64,000 bases of DNA from Mantamonas sphyraenae STR306 (lineage: Eukaryota > Protista > CRuMs). How positions within the stretch are numbered: the stretch's first letter is position 1; each line of letters starts with the position of its first letter. The stretch is taken from positions 310,001 to 374,000 of the forward strand of contig JAPMXV010000002.1 in NCBI GenBank assembly GCA_026936335.1. The letters run 5' to 3'. Under the pieces are notes generated by a model. The model saw only the letters and a program-made list of their open reading frames with translations. It ran no database searches and was not told the DNA's origin. A program made the position numbers and the translations under genes. Below are positions 1 through 14,500 of the stretch, piece after piece.

Positions 1-296
1 CGGGGCTTTTAAAAAAAGGTACTCTGCGAGAGCCACTCGATGCAGTCGACATCACCAGGTTATCTCCATGCAAAGCACAGAAACCGGTTTTCCGAGTGCA
101 AGCGATACGGGCCTCGGGTAAAATTGTGTTGTTGGTCGGCCTCGCGCTGAGCGCAAGACACGTAGGTCATCAATTGCACAGACACTGCATGGAGTGTGAT
201 GGTGTGGAGCACAGGCTGGCAGATCGGAGACTGCGAGCATGAGAGAGAGAGAGATGCGAGAGAGAGAGCAAGTGCGCGTTCCGTGGCAACACGACG

Positions 297-2890
297 ATGG
301 AGGAGGACGAACCGCAGCTGACGGCAGAGCAGCAGGCAGCGCTGGACGCGAAGAAGGCCATGCTTTTTGGCGGGGCAGTGGTGACATCCACGCCACAAGA
401 AAGCGGGGAAGACGAGGACGGACGGGAGAGTGACGACGAGGACGCAGGGGAGGGCAAGGAGAAGCGGAGCGGAGTGGTGAACTCGTTGTTGGCAAGCACA
501 AAGGCGGCTGGCAAGGAGACAGAGAGGCGGAGTGACGAGGACGAGGCGGACGGAAGCTTCCTGGAAGGCACAGGGTTCCTGGACTTTGATGCGCTGGACA
601 TGACGACGGACGAAATCGACCTGGCGGAAATCGACGGTGAGTTGCGGCCCAGCCCTCCCTCGGAGAAACCAAGCGACCACTCACACGGGATCCACACACG
701 CACACACAACTCACGTAGAGGACATGAAGCGCTTCCAAGAGGACGACAAGGTGAAGGAGGCGCTGCTGTCGGGCGTGGACATGCGTCAGTACCTGAAGAA
801 AGTGGAGACGGAGCTGCACGCGGCTGAAAAGGAGAGCGTGGACGAGTGTACGTGCACACGGGGACGGGGACACAGCACATCTTCACTCCCATGGAACTCT
901 GACACCCTTGTGGACACACACACACACGCACACGACACACACACACACACGCACGTGCACGCACAGACATTCGAGAGAGCGAAAACCTCGCTACACTCCA
1001 CGGACAGATCCGAGAGTGCGACGACATCCTGGCTGTGATGGAGGGCATGCTGTCGCAGTTTCAGGAGAACCTGGGCAACATCTCGTCGGAAATCAAGTAC
1101 TTGCAGGACGAGTCGTTCTCGATGAACATCAAGCTGAAGAACCGGCGTGCGGTGGAAGGGGACTTGGGCCATTTCGTGCAGGAAATCCTCATCTCGGAGG
1201 AACTGGTGGACACAGTGTGCAACCAGCCCGTGGACGACGAATTTGTGGACAGTCTCAAGGCCCTGGACCAGAAGCTGCGCTTCATCAATCACCACAGCGA
1301 GCGTGAGGCGCGTGCGGCTGAAGACGTCGCCCAGGAAGCCGAGTTCCTGCGCATTAAGGCAGCCACCAAGATCCGCGAGTACCTGCTGGATCTGTTTGGG
1401 TCGCTCAAGAAGCCACGCACCAACATCCAGATCCGACAGCAGAACACGCTGCTCAAGTACGCCTACATGATGGTGTTTCTGGAGGCGCACGCCAAGGATG
1501 TGGCCCTGGAGATCCAGCAGGTGTACGCAGACACCCTGTCGCGCATCTACAGCGGCTACTTTGCAAACTACATCAAGAGCATGTCCAAGATCCAGTACGA
1601 GGTGTGCGGCAAGAACGACCTGTTGGGCGTGGTCGAGCAGCAAAGCGGTCTCAACCTCAGCAAGCTGTTTGGCGGCAAGCAGAACTTTAAAAAGGGCAGC
1701 GCGTTTGCACTTGGAGGGCGAGACAAGATTGTAGGTTGGAGGGAGAAGGGGAGAGGTGCACATGCGTGTGGCTGACACTCACGCTTCACTTGCTACTTCT
1801 ACGACAGCTGGACGAGATCGACACACCTGCAATTGTGTCGCACATAGCAGAGCAGAAGGACAAGGTGCCGTACGAGGCTGTGTTTCGCTCTGTACACCAG
1901 CTGTTGATGGACGCAGCCACGAGCGAGTTTCTGTTTGTGCTGGAGTTTTTCCGCAGCAAAGAGGTGTTCAACGACGTGTTTGCAAAGTCGCTGGCTCTGG
2001 TGGTGGCCAACGTGGAACACTTTCTGGATACATCGTACGACGCACTTGGGGTGCTGCTGTGCGTGCGTATCACGCGAGAACACCAGATGATTATGCAAAG
2101 GCGGCGCATCCCGTCGCTAGACAGCTACTTTGACCAGGTGAACATGATGCTGTGGGAACGGTTCTCGCGCATCTTTAAGGAGAACGCAGAAAGTGTCAAG
2201 GCTGCGCCTCGGGATGCTCTGTGGAACAGCGGCAACCGCTGCGGAGCCATTGTGGTTGTGCGCAGGTACGCAGAGTACGCGACGTCGATCGGCCATTTGA
2301 ACCACGAGTGCGGAGATGTGCTCAACCAGCAGCTCTCATTTCTTCGCATCGAGATGATGAACTTGGTGAAGGAAATGGCTGGCGCGCTGGACTCGTCCAA
2401 GGAGGGGCTGATCTTTCTGATCAACAACTATGACCTGATTCTGGGTGTGTTTGCAGAGCACGAGATGGACAGCGAGGATGCCAACCACATCGACGAGCTG
2501 ATGCAGGTGGTGATTGAGGCTTACGTGGAGGAGGAGCTGAGCGAGCACTACGGACGGCTGATCGAGTGGGTGCGGGAAATCGAAGAGCTGGTGGAGTCGC
2601 AAGGCCAGGAAGGGGTGCGCAACTCGATTGACGCCTCGCAGGTCGAGGCGCTGGTGAAGGAGTTTGAAAACAACTGGAAGCAGGGTCTGGAGAGCATCCG
2701 CGGACATGTGTTGGACTATTTTCCCAACTTTGTGCGTGGCCAGGAGATCCTGAAGCGCACGCTTTCGCAGATGCTCTTCTACTACTCGCGCTTTGCCGCC
2801 AGTGTAAAGAAACATCTGCCTGGCAGCAAGAACATCAATGTGATCCCAGTGAACACGGTCACGTACGAAATCAAGAAGCATGTGCGATGA
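297..2890 (+). CDS. VPS52: Vacuolar protein sorting 52 (GARP complex subunit), 4 exons
   Basis: Splicing GT-AG introns 637-718, 848-966 and 1731-1807 joins the ORFs in frame. Vps52-like sequences: 'ALLSGVDMRQY', 'FQENLGNISSEIKYLQDESFSMNIKLKNRR', 'PYEAVFRS..QLLMDAATSEFLF', 'IFLINNYDLIL'. Confidence 0.9.
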
Positions 2891-2931
2891 GCGAGGGAGT
2901 GCGAGGATGGGAAAGAAAGTTTGTTCTTCGT

Positions 2932-4939
2932 TCACAGACATCGCTCATCATGCACGGGCAGGCCACACGAACAGCCTGTGGGATCTTGGCACATGCTGTT
3001 CGGTTGAAGCGATATCATCATGATGAGGATGACGTAGGAAATTATGGTACACAGGAGAAAGAGTAGGACGGAGCCAGGGTTGTCGTTGCAGCGTTGGTCG
3101 GCCTGGGCGAGGCTGCGCTCGCCACGGCGATGAATGAGGACGGCGGCGGCGACAATGGCAATGGACAAGGGCACGATCTGCACGGTGGCGTTGTTGAGGA
3201 GAGGAGCGATGGCGGGGAGGGCGTTTGGAGCGTAATACCAGTCAAAGACAAAGCGGTGGACGTAGAAAACGAGGACAGAGACGGGCATGACAAGCATGGT
3301 GGTCATGTGCGTGACCATATCCGTGCACACGAGCTGCATGCACACGTGGTCGACGTGGTCGTTCTGGAACACCATGTCTGCGCTGTCCAGGCCTCGCACC
3401 ATGGCGTATAGGTAGGCCTCGTGAGCACCATAGTAGCGCCACAGCAGACAATGGAGCATTTCGTTGACCATGGAGACGGAGAACAGGACGTCCACGTCCT
3501 GGGAGGTAAAGACGAGGTAGCGGTAGACAAGGTTGCCCATCTGTTGGTTGATGACTGCTATGAGATGGACGCGTCGAGTAGAGAGGCGATCCATCTTGGC
3601 GCAGACGGTGCGAATGGTCATCATGGAGACTGCGTTGATAAGAGGCACAAGGACAATAAGAAAAACAATGCGCAGGGTGACAAAGTGTGTGGAACGGTAG
3701 AGTGGCAGAACAAACTCTGCATGGACAAGCCAGGTAGCCGTGGTAATAGCCACAGCACTGACACTGAGATAATCGAGCTGAGGCAAGTCCACGGACGCGC
3801 CAATGAGCTGGCCGCTGCGATAGGTGACGGCCACCATGACGAAGATGACGATGACGTAGAAGGGAAGGTAGTGGTCAAACGTGGGCTGCAGAAAGTAGGC
3901 GATGCCCAGGCTGATGGTTGTGGTGAAGCCTGTGAGGAGCGTGGGCAGGTGCCGTGAGAGTTGCCTTGCGGACGCAACGGAGGCGGCGCACAGAAGGAGC
4001 ACGGGCACCACGGCACTGACGATGGGGCCAGCAAAGAGAAAGTTAAAGGCATTAAAGGTGGTGTTGTTCCGGTACTGAGTCTTGGTGACCGGGTTGGCGG
4101 TGAAGGGAAGCAGCGAGAGGATGGAGAGCAGGCCGGTGACCACAGAACCGTAAAAGAGCGCCTGGAGCGTCACTCGCACCAGGAAAGTGAACCCCACATC
4201 GTAGGCTATCTTTACAGAATCGCGTACCTGCACGGATTAGGGAGGACCACGAGGAGAGGTGTGAGCAGGGGGCGGGGCAGCGGGTGTGGAAGGAAAAGCA
4301 GGACCAAGAAACCGTGGTCGAAGATTTCTTGCTCGTGCGGGCCGGCGCGAAGGAGGGACAGCGCGTGTATGAAGGATGTATGGAGGGTGCATGGAGGATG
4401 CATGGAAGTGGAACACATACTGAGATCGGACTACCGCCGACGCCTTCGGAGTCGGTGGCAGAGTAGTCTTCTGTGGCGCTGTAGTATTCAATGTGGTCCG
4501 AGAAGCCGACGTGGCGCGGCTTGGGTGGCGGGTGGTTACGTGCCGAAAAGGCAGAATGGGTGCTCGTGCTACGGAAACGCTGGAGAACAGATCCCATGGA
4601 GCCTGCTGAGCCTGTGCTGTGATGCGAGTCGGAGCGATCACGAAAGTGGCCCGTCGCACCGAGGGTAGGACCCTCGCTGTGTTCGGTGACGGGATCGCTG
4701 TCCACTGCCGCAGCTTCATCATCACGCAGACTGTTGTTTTGGATGTCGGCAGAGGTGACCGGAGCGACAACCGGGGGAGGCGGGGACACGGCGTAGGCAC
4801 TTCGGACCTGGCCCGGAAGACCACCTGTCTCCTGAGGACGGCCAACCGCCCCTGTTGTGCGTGGACTACGATGATCTGTGAGCTGGTCCAACTCTGGCTC
4901 TGCCTTTCTGGCAGCAGCAGGAGCAGAGCTGGACGACAT
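2932..4939 (-). CDS. Multi-pass membrane protein of unknown function (about 604 aa, 2 exons)
   Basis: Disordered N-terminal exon 4939-4421, a phase-0 intron 4420-4228 (gtatgt...tgcag), then a 432-codon exon with many hydrophobic helices. Confidence 0.65.
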
Positions 4940-5117
4940 TGGGTGGGAGGCGCGCGATCGTCTTTTCGTGTCTATTCATTCATTCGTCGTCCATCAATGC
5001 TTGCTTGGCTTCATCGTGCGTGGAAGGGTCTGTGCCGTCACTGATCGCTGCAACGAAACGCTCGACATCGCCACGGCCGCGAAGGGCCCACCCGCTGCCG
5101 CTCGCATCAACCACGCG

Positions 5118-8100
5118 CTACATTCCTCGCAGATGGTGCAACACCCCTGCTGTGCCGCCACTCTCATACTTGCGCAGAAGCTCAGGCTCGAGGTCGTTGT
5201 TGTCGTCCAGCATAAGCACCGTGAGACTGGGCAGCCGCCCGAGACTGGTTGGGAGAGTGCGCAGCGCATTGCCTCCCAGGAACAGCCTCTGCAGATTCTG
5301 CAGACCCGAAAGCTCCTTGGGAAGCTTACTCAGCTGGTTGTTCCACAAGTACAGCGCCTCCAGCTGCTCCAGGTTGGCAATCTCCTTGGGCACCTGCACC
5401 AGCTGGTTGTTGCTAAGCTCCAGCTCCACGAGCGTGTTGGCCAGATTGCCCACAGCGCTGTTGATTGCGCGAAGCTTGTTGTTGGCCAGGCCCAGAGTGC
5501 GCAAGTTGGGCAACGTAAAAAGCTCGGATGGCACGCTCTCGAGCTGGTTGCCCGAGAACGATGCCTCCTCCAGGTCCTCCAGATACTGCAGCTCGCGCGG
5601 CAGCAACGTCAGCTTGTTGTGGTCCACCATGAGCACGCGCAGTCGTGGGATGTGGCCCACACTCGGCGGCAGTTGCGTCAGGCAGTTGTGACTGAGCGAC
5701 AGTTCCTGCAGGGATTCGAGACGCCGCAGGTCCGACGGCACCTCTGTAAGCAGGTTGCCAGCAAGATCCAGCACAATCAGGGACGACAAGCGTGTCCAGT
5801 TGACCCTGTCCATCGACTTGAGCGAGTTGAAGCTCAGCTTCATCTCCTGCACCCTGTCCAGCGACGCCAGGGCAGGAGGCAGCTCCACAAGCTCGTTGTC
5901 GCTCAAATCCAGCTGTTCCATCGTGGCAAAGCCGCACACCTCGTCTGGAATGGCACTCAGAGACTTGCCGCTGAAGCGAAACACCACGCTCTGCTCCAGC
6001 TGCGCCTTGCCCACCTCATCTGCACAATCCTGCAGCGCGCGCACACGGAAGCGCAGGTAGTCCCACACAAACTCCAGCCCACGCTCAATCAACTTCAGAG
6101 GCGGTCTGCGCATGGGGTTGTTCTCAAGACCGAGCATCTCGAGCGAGCCCTCCAGCTGCACCATGGATGCAGGCAGCGAAATGATGTTGTTGTTCCACGC
6201 AAGCAGTTGCTTCAGCGAGCTGCACTGGCTCAATTCCACCGGCAGCAGCTGCAGCTGGTTGCACGCCACGTTCAGCAACTCCAGCGTCGACAGCTTGGCA
6301 ATCGACGGCGACAGCACCGTCAGCTGGTTGCCCGCAAGACCCAGCACAGTCAGCGCCTCCAGGTCAAACACTCCCAACGGGATGTCGTCCAGCTGGTTGT
6401 TGGATATTTCCAGCTCCTTGAGCTTCTTCAGCTGGCCAATTTCCTTTGGCAGCGTCGGAAGACGGTTTGCGTTCAGGTGCAGCACCTCCAAGTTGCGCAA
6501 GTTGCTCACGTTGCCGCTCACCTCTGTGATTGCATTGTAGTCCAGGTAGAGTTCGTGCAGCGATGCAAGCTGCATGATTGCGTACGGCACTGAGGTGAGC
6601 TTGTTTCCCGACAGGTTCAGCACGCGGATGTTGTACAGCTGGTTCAGACTCATGGGCACCTTGTCCAACTGGTTGCCGTTCATCTGCAGCGACAGCAGCG
6701 TCTCGCTCATCGCGGGCCCAAAGTTGTCGTTGATGATCATGATCTGGTTCCACGACATGTCGATGTGCTCCACATACTTCAGTCCGTTCACAGAGTCTGG
6801 GATGCAGATGAGATCATGGCCAGAGATGTCCAACTTGGGCAGCTCTTCGTCCATGGCCTCCTGCACAAGTTCCTGCACACGTTTCGGCACAAACGTAGGA
6901 TCCACAGGCCCCACGTGCGACGCCTGCTTCTTGGCCACCTCCATCTCGTGCTCACTGTACGGATTCAGACCCGACGACGACGACGAGCTACCGCCCAAAC
7001 CCAGCAGCATCTCTTCCTCGTCCTCGTCCAAGCTGCCAAACATCGACGACGACGAACCCAGCGCCATCGTGCGCCGCTTCGCCGCCTTGGTGGCCTTGGC
7101 CAGCGCCTCTGCGGTCGACTCCTCGTCCATGACATTGCCCTCGTTGTCCAGCAACACTTCCATGGCGCCGTCCACAGCCAACTTGTCGTACTGCTCCTCA
7201 TCCGTGTCATACCCGTCGTTGTCCATCGCCGAGTAACGCCCCAGCGCCTTCAACGCCTCCTCTCGCCGCTGCAGCAACGATTCCAGGCGGCCCATGTCAC
7301 TCGGACGCACACGCTCACGCCACACCAGCGGCTCCTTCTCCTTCAGTTGCTCCATCTTTTTCGCTCGACGCTCGCGCAGGTCGCGCACAAAGTCGTCCAG
7401 ATACTCCGAGTTGGCTGCACTGAACGCAATGGCCTGTCCAAACGCCTTGCTCCACTCTTTCGACTCGGCCTCGTTCTCCGTCGACACATAAAACGGCGGC
7501 CGCGCGGGATGCATGATCACAACCGCATTCTTGCGGCCGGCCTCCTTCGAGTCCACAGGCATTGTCTTGCACGCAGAGCTAAACTGAAACTCGCCCGACG
7601 GCTCCTTGTCACCGAATTTGTTGTAGTACTTCATCTCGTCGTTCTGCAGCACAAAGTACCGCTTCTTCCACGTCTTTGCGCCGCCCTTGCTGCCTCCGCG
7701 CTTGTAGAGCGTTCCTCGCTTCTCAAACGCGCCGGTGAACTGAAGAACATTGGCCCGCGCCAGTGGTGTGGTGGTCTTGTGTGTCAATGCCTGCGCCCTC
7801 CTCCTCGCACTCTCTCACTCACGCATGCATGCCCACACAGCTCTTCTGGTACTCACGTTGTTCTCGTCCTCCTCCTGCAGATAGCTCTGCTTGACAAAGT
7901 CGCGAGAGAATGACGCCTTTTCAAAGGCGTGGATCCACTGCTGCAACTCGACGTTGTTTGCCGCCTGGGCGTAAAAGGGCTGTCGGTCTGGGTGGGTGAT
8001 CACAAACGAAAACTCCTTGCCTCCCTGACGAATGGAGGTGCCGTCGAGCAGCACCGTGCCCAGTGGCGTCTGTTTGTCCAGGTTCTTGTTGTTTGGAAAG

Positions 8101-9987
8101 TACGCCAGCTCGTTCATACGCAGGACAAACCAGCGCTTCTTCCAATTCTGCACCATGCCTCCCTTGTTGCCGCCGCGCTTGTTCAGGTTGCCCTCTTTGA
8201 TCACCTTGGCTTCCAACATTTCCTGTTGCCGCTGTTCTGCCAAGCGCTCCTCGCGCTCCTTGCGCTTCTTCTCGGCCAGCGCCTTCTTCTCCTCGTCCTC
8301 CTCCTCCTTTTCTGCTGCGTACCGTGTGCGCTTCAATGCCTGCGAGGCGCTGCGCACGTTCTTGAACCACTTGGACTTGGCCTCGGCCGTGTCGGCTTGG
8401 AACACGTAGCGCATGCCCGACCGATCGTCGTTGAGGATGAACTGGTTCTTGTGGCCCGAGTCGGTGTTCTCCAGCGAGCAGTCCACCAGCGGGATGGACG
8501 CCACAGGGTCGTCGTCTCCCTTTTCGATGTACCACGCAAGCATGCCCTTCTCCAGCTTGCCGTACCTCTTCTTCATCGCCTTGCCATTGAACTTGCTCAG
8601 CGGACCCTCGTACTTGATGTTCTGTCGCTCCAGGTCCAGCTTCTCTCGCGACTCCTTCTCCTTCTTCTTTTGCTCCTCCTTCTTGGCAAAGCGGGCCTTC
8701 TTTGCAATGCTCTGTGCCTTGCGGATGAACTTGAGCCAGTCTTTCAGTTCCTCCTCACTGTCTGCACAGCAGTGAAAGTCTGGGAATTGGGCGTGGCTGT
8801 GTGGCGGCGCGTACGACCCCACCACCACCACCGAGTGGTCATCCACCTGAGTGAGCATGCAGCACAGGCACCCAAGGGCCGGGATAGGGACACAGGGGCA
8901 CGAGAGCGGATGGAACGAATGGCAGCCAACTCACCTGATGACAAACTCAAAGTCCTTGCTGGTGCCACGAGAAATGGTACAGTCGACGAGGCGCAGCTCA
9001 CCGCCAACGTTGACGTCGTCCTCGCTGTTGCGGTAGGTGAGGACGGCGTCGGGATTCAGATGAAACCAGCGGCGCTTCCATCCTTTCGACGAGTTGCCTC
9101 CTCGCTTGGTAAGCCATCCGCTGTACTCGATGGTCTCTTCCAGGACGAGCTTTGGCCCGGAGGAGGACGATGACGACGACGACGACGACGACGACGACGC
9201 TGCAGGTCACGGGGCAGGTGGCGCGGTGTGTCAGCTTTGCGACAAAAAATTTCCCTCTCCGGCAAAAGCGTGGGTGTGTGTGGCGGGCCCTTGGGAGGAC
9301 TGTACCTTGCTCCTTCTTCTGCTCCTGCATGTACTCCACGGTGGCCTTGAGGCCCTGTGTGAGGATCTTGGAGGGCACGTTGCAAGGGTTGTTGGCGAGG
9401 GTGATGGTGATGGAGCCGAGAGAGGCGAGGTCGCTGGACAAGGTCTGCACCTTGTTGTTGTCCATGTAGAGGTTCTTGAGGTTTGTGCACTTGGCCATCT
9501 CCTTGGGCAGCTTGAAGATGACGTTGTCGTTGAGGTTGAGGGTCTTGAGATTGAAGAGAGCGCCAAAGTCGCTTGGCAACCCGTTGAGCTTGTTGGAGCT
9601 GAGATCAAACTCGGTGAGGGCGGTGAGGCCCGAGAGGTGTGTGGGAAGCGAGCGCAGGTTGTTTGTGCTCACGCTCAGGGAAATAAGCGAGTTGCAGTTG
9701 TTGATGGCATCGGGAAGCTCGTCCAGCTGGTTGTTGTCCAGATTGAGCACCTTGAGGTTGGAGAGCAAGCCAATCTCGCTGGGCAACGACTTGATGGCGT
9801 TGTCCGACGCGTCCAGCTTGGTCAGCGACGCCTTGACCGTGCGCAAGGCATGGCCAGGCAGCTCGGTGAACCGTTGGCCCTGGAGGATGAGCGAGCTGAT
9901 GTCTGAGCAGTTGTCCAGGTCCGGGAACTTGCCGTCGTTGCAGACGTACTCGCCCGTCTGCTTGGCTTCGTCGTACGCACTCGACAT
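5118..9987 (-). CDS. LRR + four PH domains + LRR protein (multi-exon)
   Basis: N-terminal LxxLxLxxN repeats; four PH motifs ('GWLTKRGG..KGWKRRWF', 'EGPLSKF', 'EGNLNKRGG..NWKKRWFVL', 'GTLYKRGG..TWKKRYFVL'); two C-terminal LRR blocks. The ORFs are linked by plausible GT-AG introns. Confidence 0.8.
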
Positions 9988-10423
9988 GGAGACAGTGAGG
10001 GCTGTGTCACGGGCAAGGGCGGGGGGAGAGATGGCGAGTGGCCACAATGGGAAGAGTGGGATGGCAGGTCAAGGGTGGTCAGCACGTGGAAGGGCAGAGA
10101 CAAAGACAACGCAGCGGACGCACCTGCACGACTTGGGTTGGCTGGCCATGCGCTCGAGCAGCCAGCGCATCCCGACACACACACCCTTGAGCTTGCAACA
10201 AACCCTTGCACCATGAGCGAAATCGAACGGCCCAACCCAGTGGAGACAAAGCGTCAACGCGTCGACGCGCCTGAGGACGCACTGAAAACCCAAACGTGCG
10301 TGTGACACTTTCCCACCCCCCTCCCTCACTGTTTGCGGCCAATGGCCCACTGACACCGACAGCCCGACACATCTCTGTGTGAATGTTTCCAAATCATGTG
10401 TTGTCGCCTTGCTCGTGTACAGC

Positions 10424-11418
10424 ATGTCTTCTGCTGCTTTCACTCTCCCCGATCTTCCCTACGACAAGAACGCCCTTGAGCCGCACATCTCTGAGCGCAC
10501 CCTGGAGTTCCACCACGGCAAGCACCACAACGTACGTTTGCACACGCACACAACACACTGCTTTCTGCCATTTCCTCCCGACCCTGTGCATGCCTCGTCC
10601 GCCTGTGCTCTTCTCTGTCCACACAGCCAGCCGGAATCGGGACAAGTCTCCTTTTTCCGTCCGGCCGGGCCGCACAAAAAAAGTGTCCGTACCAGCCAGC
10701 GGGACACAAACACGCTGCCCGACACCACACGCAATGCATGCACGCGCACACACACACACACATACACATCCCTGGCCGCCATGTGCAAGCGCACACGTGG
10801 CGCTGTTGGAGAGTGCGTGTGTGTGTTGTTGGTCAAGGAGAGGGAAAAAGCCTCCGCTGCGCAGCTTGTCAAAAACGCAACACCTGGCCCACGCAAAGCA
10901 GCTGACACATGCAACCACACACCACACAGGGCTACGTTGTGAAGCTCAACGCCGCTGTGGAGGGCACCGAGCTGGAGGGCAAGGACCTCGAGACGCTGGT
11001 CAAGGAGAGCAGCGGCAAGGTGGCCAACCTGTCGGGCCAGCACCTGAACCACTCCGAGTACTGGAAGTGCCTCAAGCCCGCTGGCGAGGGTGCCAACGAG
11101 CCCAGCGGCGACCTCGCTGCCGCCATCGACAAGGCCTTTGGCTCCTTTGACGGCTTCAAGGAGCAGTTCACCCCGGCTGCCCTCGGCCACTTTGGCTCTG
11201 GCTGGGCCTTCCTGGCCAAGGACGGCGATGGCAACCTCCAGATTGTTGCTTGCCACGATGCCGGCAACCCGCTGCAGGAGGGCATGACCCCGCTCCTCAC
11301 CGTGGACGTCTGGGAGCACGCCTACTACCTCGACTACCAGAACAACCGTGGCGCCTACATCGAGGCTCTGTGGAACATCATCAACTGGGACTTTGTTGCC
11401 GAGAAGTTCTCTGCATGA
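10424..11418 (+). CDS. Fe/Mn superoxide dismutase (Fe-type signatures), one intron about 10532-10929
   Basis: '[24 protein letters not shown]', 'QHLNH', 'HFGSGWAFL', '[11 protein letters not shown]'. Confidence 0.95.
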
Positions 11419-11535
11419 CTGCCTGCCAAGCTCTGATCAGTCTTTGCGCAGCGCAATGCCGCAAAAAACAAAGAAAACCCGGCTTGCTTTGCACGCTCGT
11501 CTTTCATTTCCTTCATTTCCTGTGTCCTGTCCATG

Positions 11536-14500
11536 TCAAACCCATGGCACCCACCCCACAAACATGTCCGCCAGTCGCCCTTCGTCCATGGCCATGGCCA
11601 TCAGCTCCTGTGCACTTGTCTGTGCGTCCAGTTTCCCACGCACGCTCACCATCACCTCGTGCTGCTCCACATCCGGCACTTCGTCCAACGACTCGCTCAC
11701 TTCCATCTCCAACTCCTCCAACGCCTCTGTTTGTGCCACCACACATCCGCACATGGCCCCCCACTGCGCCTCCATGCTTCCTACAAGCGCGTCCATCTCT
11801 GCCCACAGCGCCTCCACCGTCACCTTGTCTCCGCTCACGTCTGCTCGCAGCCAACCGGCCACGCGACGCTGCAGAGCACGGCACTGTTTGCGCAACGCCT
11901 CCAGCTCTCGCCACGACTCCTTTGCCGCGCGTCGCAGCGGTGCAGCTGCCTCTTCCAGCACATCCATCGGCCTGCCCAGATCCGCCACCAGCGCTCGGAC
12001 CTCGTTTGTGATCCTGTTCATGCTCTGCACAAACGACATCTGCTTGCTGCGATGCTGCATGATCTCTTCCCGCAGCTCTTCCACCTGCACCCTGTGTTCT
12101 TCCTTCACAGTCCCAAACAAACGGTTCACATTCTCCAACTGCTTCGCCACAACACGCCCCTGGTGATCCAGAGACACCAACCGCTCGTTCAACTCCACCC
12201 ATTGCTTCAATTCCCCTCCAAATCGCTGTTCGCAACCGACGGCAAACTCCTCGTCGTACACCTCCCTGTGCCACGCTGCAAACGCTCCAAGTTGCTCCCC
12301 TGCACGCTTCAGACTTGCACACACGCTCTCGTATGCCTCTTGTTGTCCTGCGTCCACCATCACCGTCTCGACACGCTCTTTCTGGAACACCTGCAGCTGC
12401 GCCACCGCCTCTGCGATCAGTCCCACGGTCTTTTCCATCATCTCCTGCACTCGGTCTGTATCCTTCCTCTCCAGCTTCTGCGATTGCTCTCGCCGGTATG
12501 TCTCTGCCAACTGGTGCATGTGTTTCATCACGGACCTGTCGTCTCCACGTCGTCCACGCTGTTTGCCCTTGCCGCTGCCTCCTCCACCTCCACCGCTGCT
12601 GCCGCTGCTGCTGCCACTCTGGCTCTGCCCTTCGGCCAACGCAATCAACTGCGCCTTCATGATCTGCGTGGCGTAGAGCTTCAGCCAAGTCTCCATGCGG
12701 CTCATCACGTACAGGTCTGCGTCCGCAAGCTTCAGAGTCAGACGCATCCAGTCGTTCGCGTCCAGCGTCAGACCCGGGCAATTGGTTGCCAGCGTGCTCT
12801 CCATCGTTTTGTCCGGAAACGTGCTTTGGTCCTCTTCCAGAGCCTTGGCGAGCTCGGCAACCTTTTCTTCCAGCGCAGCCACCTCATCCTGCTTTGCTCG
12901 ACGCCTCGCCGTCAGCGACTGCATGCGTTGGCCACACTCTTCCTTCAGCGCATTCAGCACCTGCACTTCCTCCTCCTTTGGATTCTTGCGCACCTCGCCT
13001 TCAATCTGCCGCAGTTCTGCGTGCGTCCCGCGCAACTGTCCTTCCAGCGACTCCACCCACTCCTGCGCCTCCCGCAGCTCCTTCACACGCATTTGATGCT
13101 CGCTAAACTTGCCGTGGCGCGCTTGAGCCCACTGAATGCACTCCCCGCTCGGCTGCCAAGTGTGCACCAGCTCCTCGTATGTTTCCTCCGCAAACTCCAG
13201 AAACACTTGACACTCATCCAACACCCCTTCCGGATCCTGGAGAAGCGCAGCCAACGCGCCCACATCGCCCTTCAGCTCGTGCACAAACCAATACCCGTCC
13301 GCTTCCCACGCGGCCGCCTCCTCCGGCCCGTCCTTGGTCCACAGTGCCTCCCGCTGCTGGATGAAGCGCTGCCAATTGATAGACGACGCATTGCGCTGCA
13401 GGCGCCCTGTCAACGCCGCCATCTGCGCCTTCAGCGGCGTGCGACGACGCAGGGGCGGCGACATCTGCCGCTTTGTGAAACTTTGCATCCACTGCGTGTG
13501 AGGGTGCTCCAGCAACAACCTCTGGTCCCACAGTGCCTCGTGTTCGGCCTTGGCAAACTCCTGAGCAAGTGCGTTCATGCTCTGGTAGCACGGTTGCACC
13601 AGCGCCACCATCGCTGCGTCCACAGCCTGGCACTCGCCTGCACGAGACGCGTCCATGTTGCGCGAGCTCAGCGTCATGTTTGTAAACTCGACCGGAAACA
13701 AGAGGTCGATGTGACGTACGTCGGCCTCCAACGCGCCCTGGATACGCGACAGCGACGTGTGCAACTCCTTCTTCACGCTGCGTACCACCGTTTCGTGCGA
13801 CGCATGCAGCTGCTTGCTTGCCGCGTGCTGCTTGGCCAGGTTCTGCAAGAATGCCTTTGCCTGTTTGCCTTTGCCCTGCAAATCCTGCAGGCGCTGTTCC
13901 AGTGAACGCACCTTGTCTCGACGCGGCTGCACACGACGCACATTCTTGGCCAGCTGGTTCACGCGAGACACCAGATTGGCCAACGTGCGCGCCGTATCCT
14001 GCGAATTCAGTTGGTCGCGTGCCGCCTGCAATGCCGACTGCATGCGCCCTTCGTTCTGTTGCAACCGCGAGTCCAGCAGCTGCACAGCGCTGTGCTTGCG
14101 CCGTACCACATCCGACTGTTGGCTGACCACCACGGGGTCGTACACAAACGCCTGCAGCATGTGCAGCACCTCGTCACGGTTGTCATCCAGCCGCAACGTG
14201 TCCAGGGTGCGTTGCGCCTTTGCTGCAAAGTAGCCATGCAGGCCTCCAATGCCCATGGCCTGCTGCATGTTGCGCGTCAGGCGGAACGGCACTGTTTCGG
14301 GCACAGCCAGCTTTTGCCCCTTGTCGAAGCAAACGTTGTAGTCGATGTGCACCAAATGGCCCGTTTGCGTGTCCATCATGATGTTGTCCAGGTGCCTGTC
14401 GCCGAGACCCAGCACATGTCCCACCATGGACATCAGCGCACACGAGTCCATGTAGTTGTGACGCATGTCCCAGTGATGCTGCGGTCCCTGCGAGTGTGCC

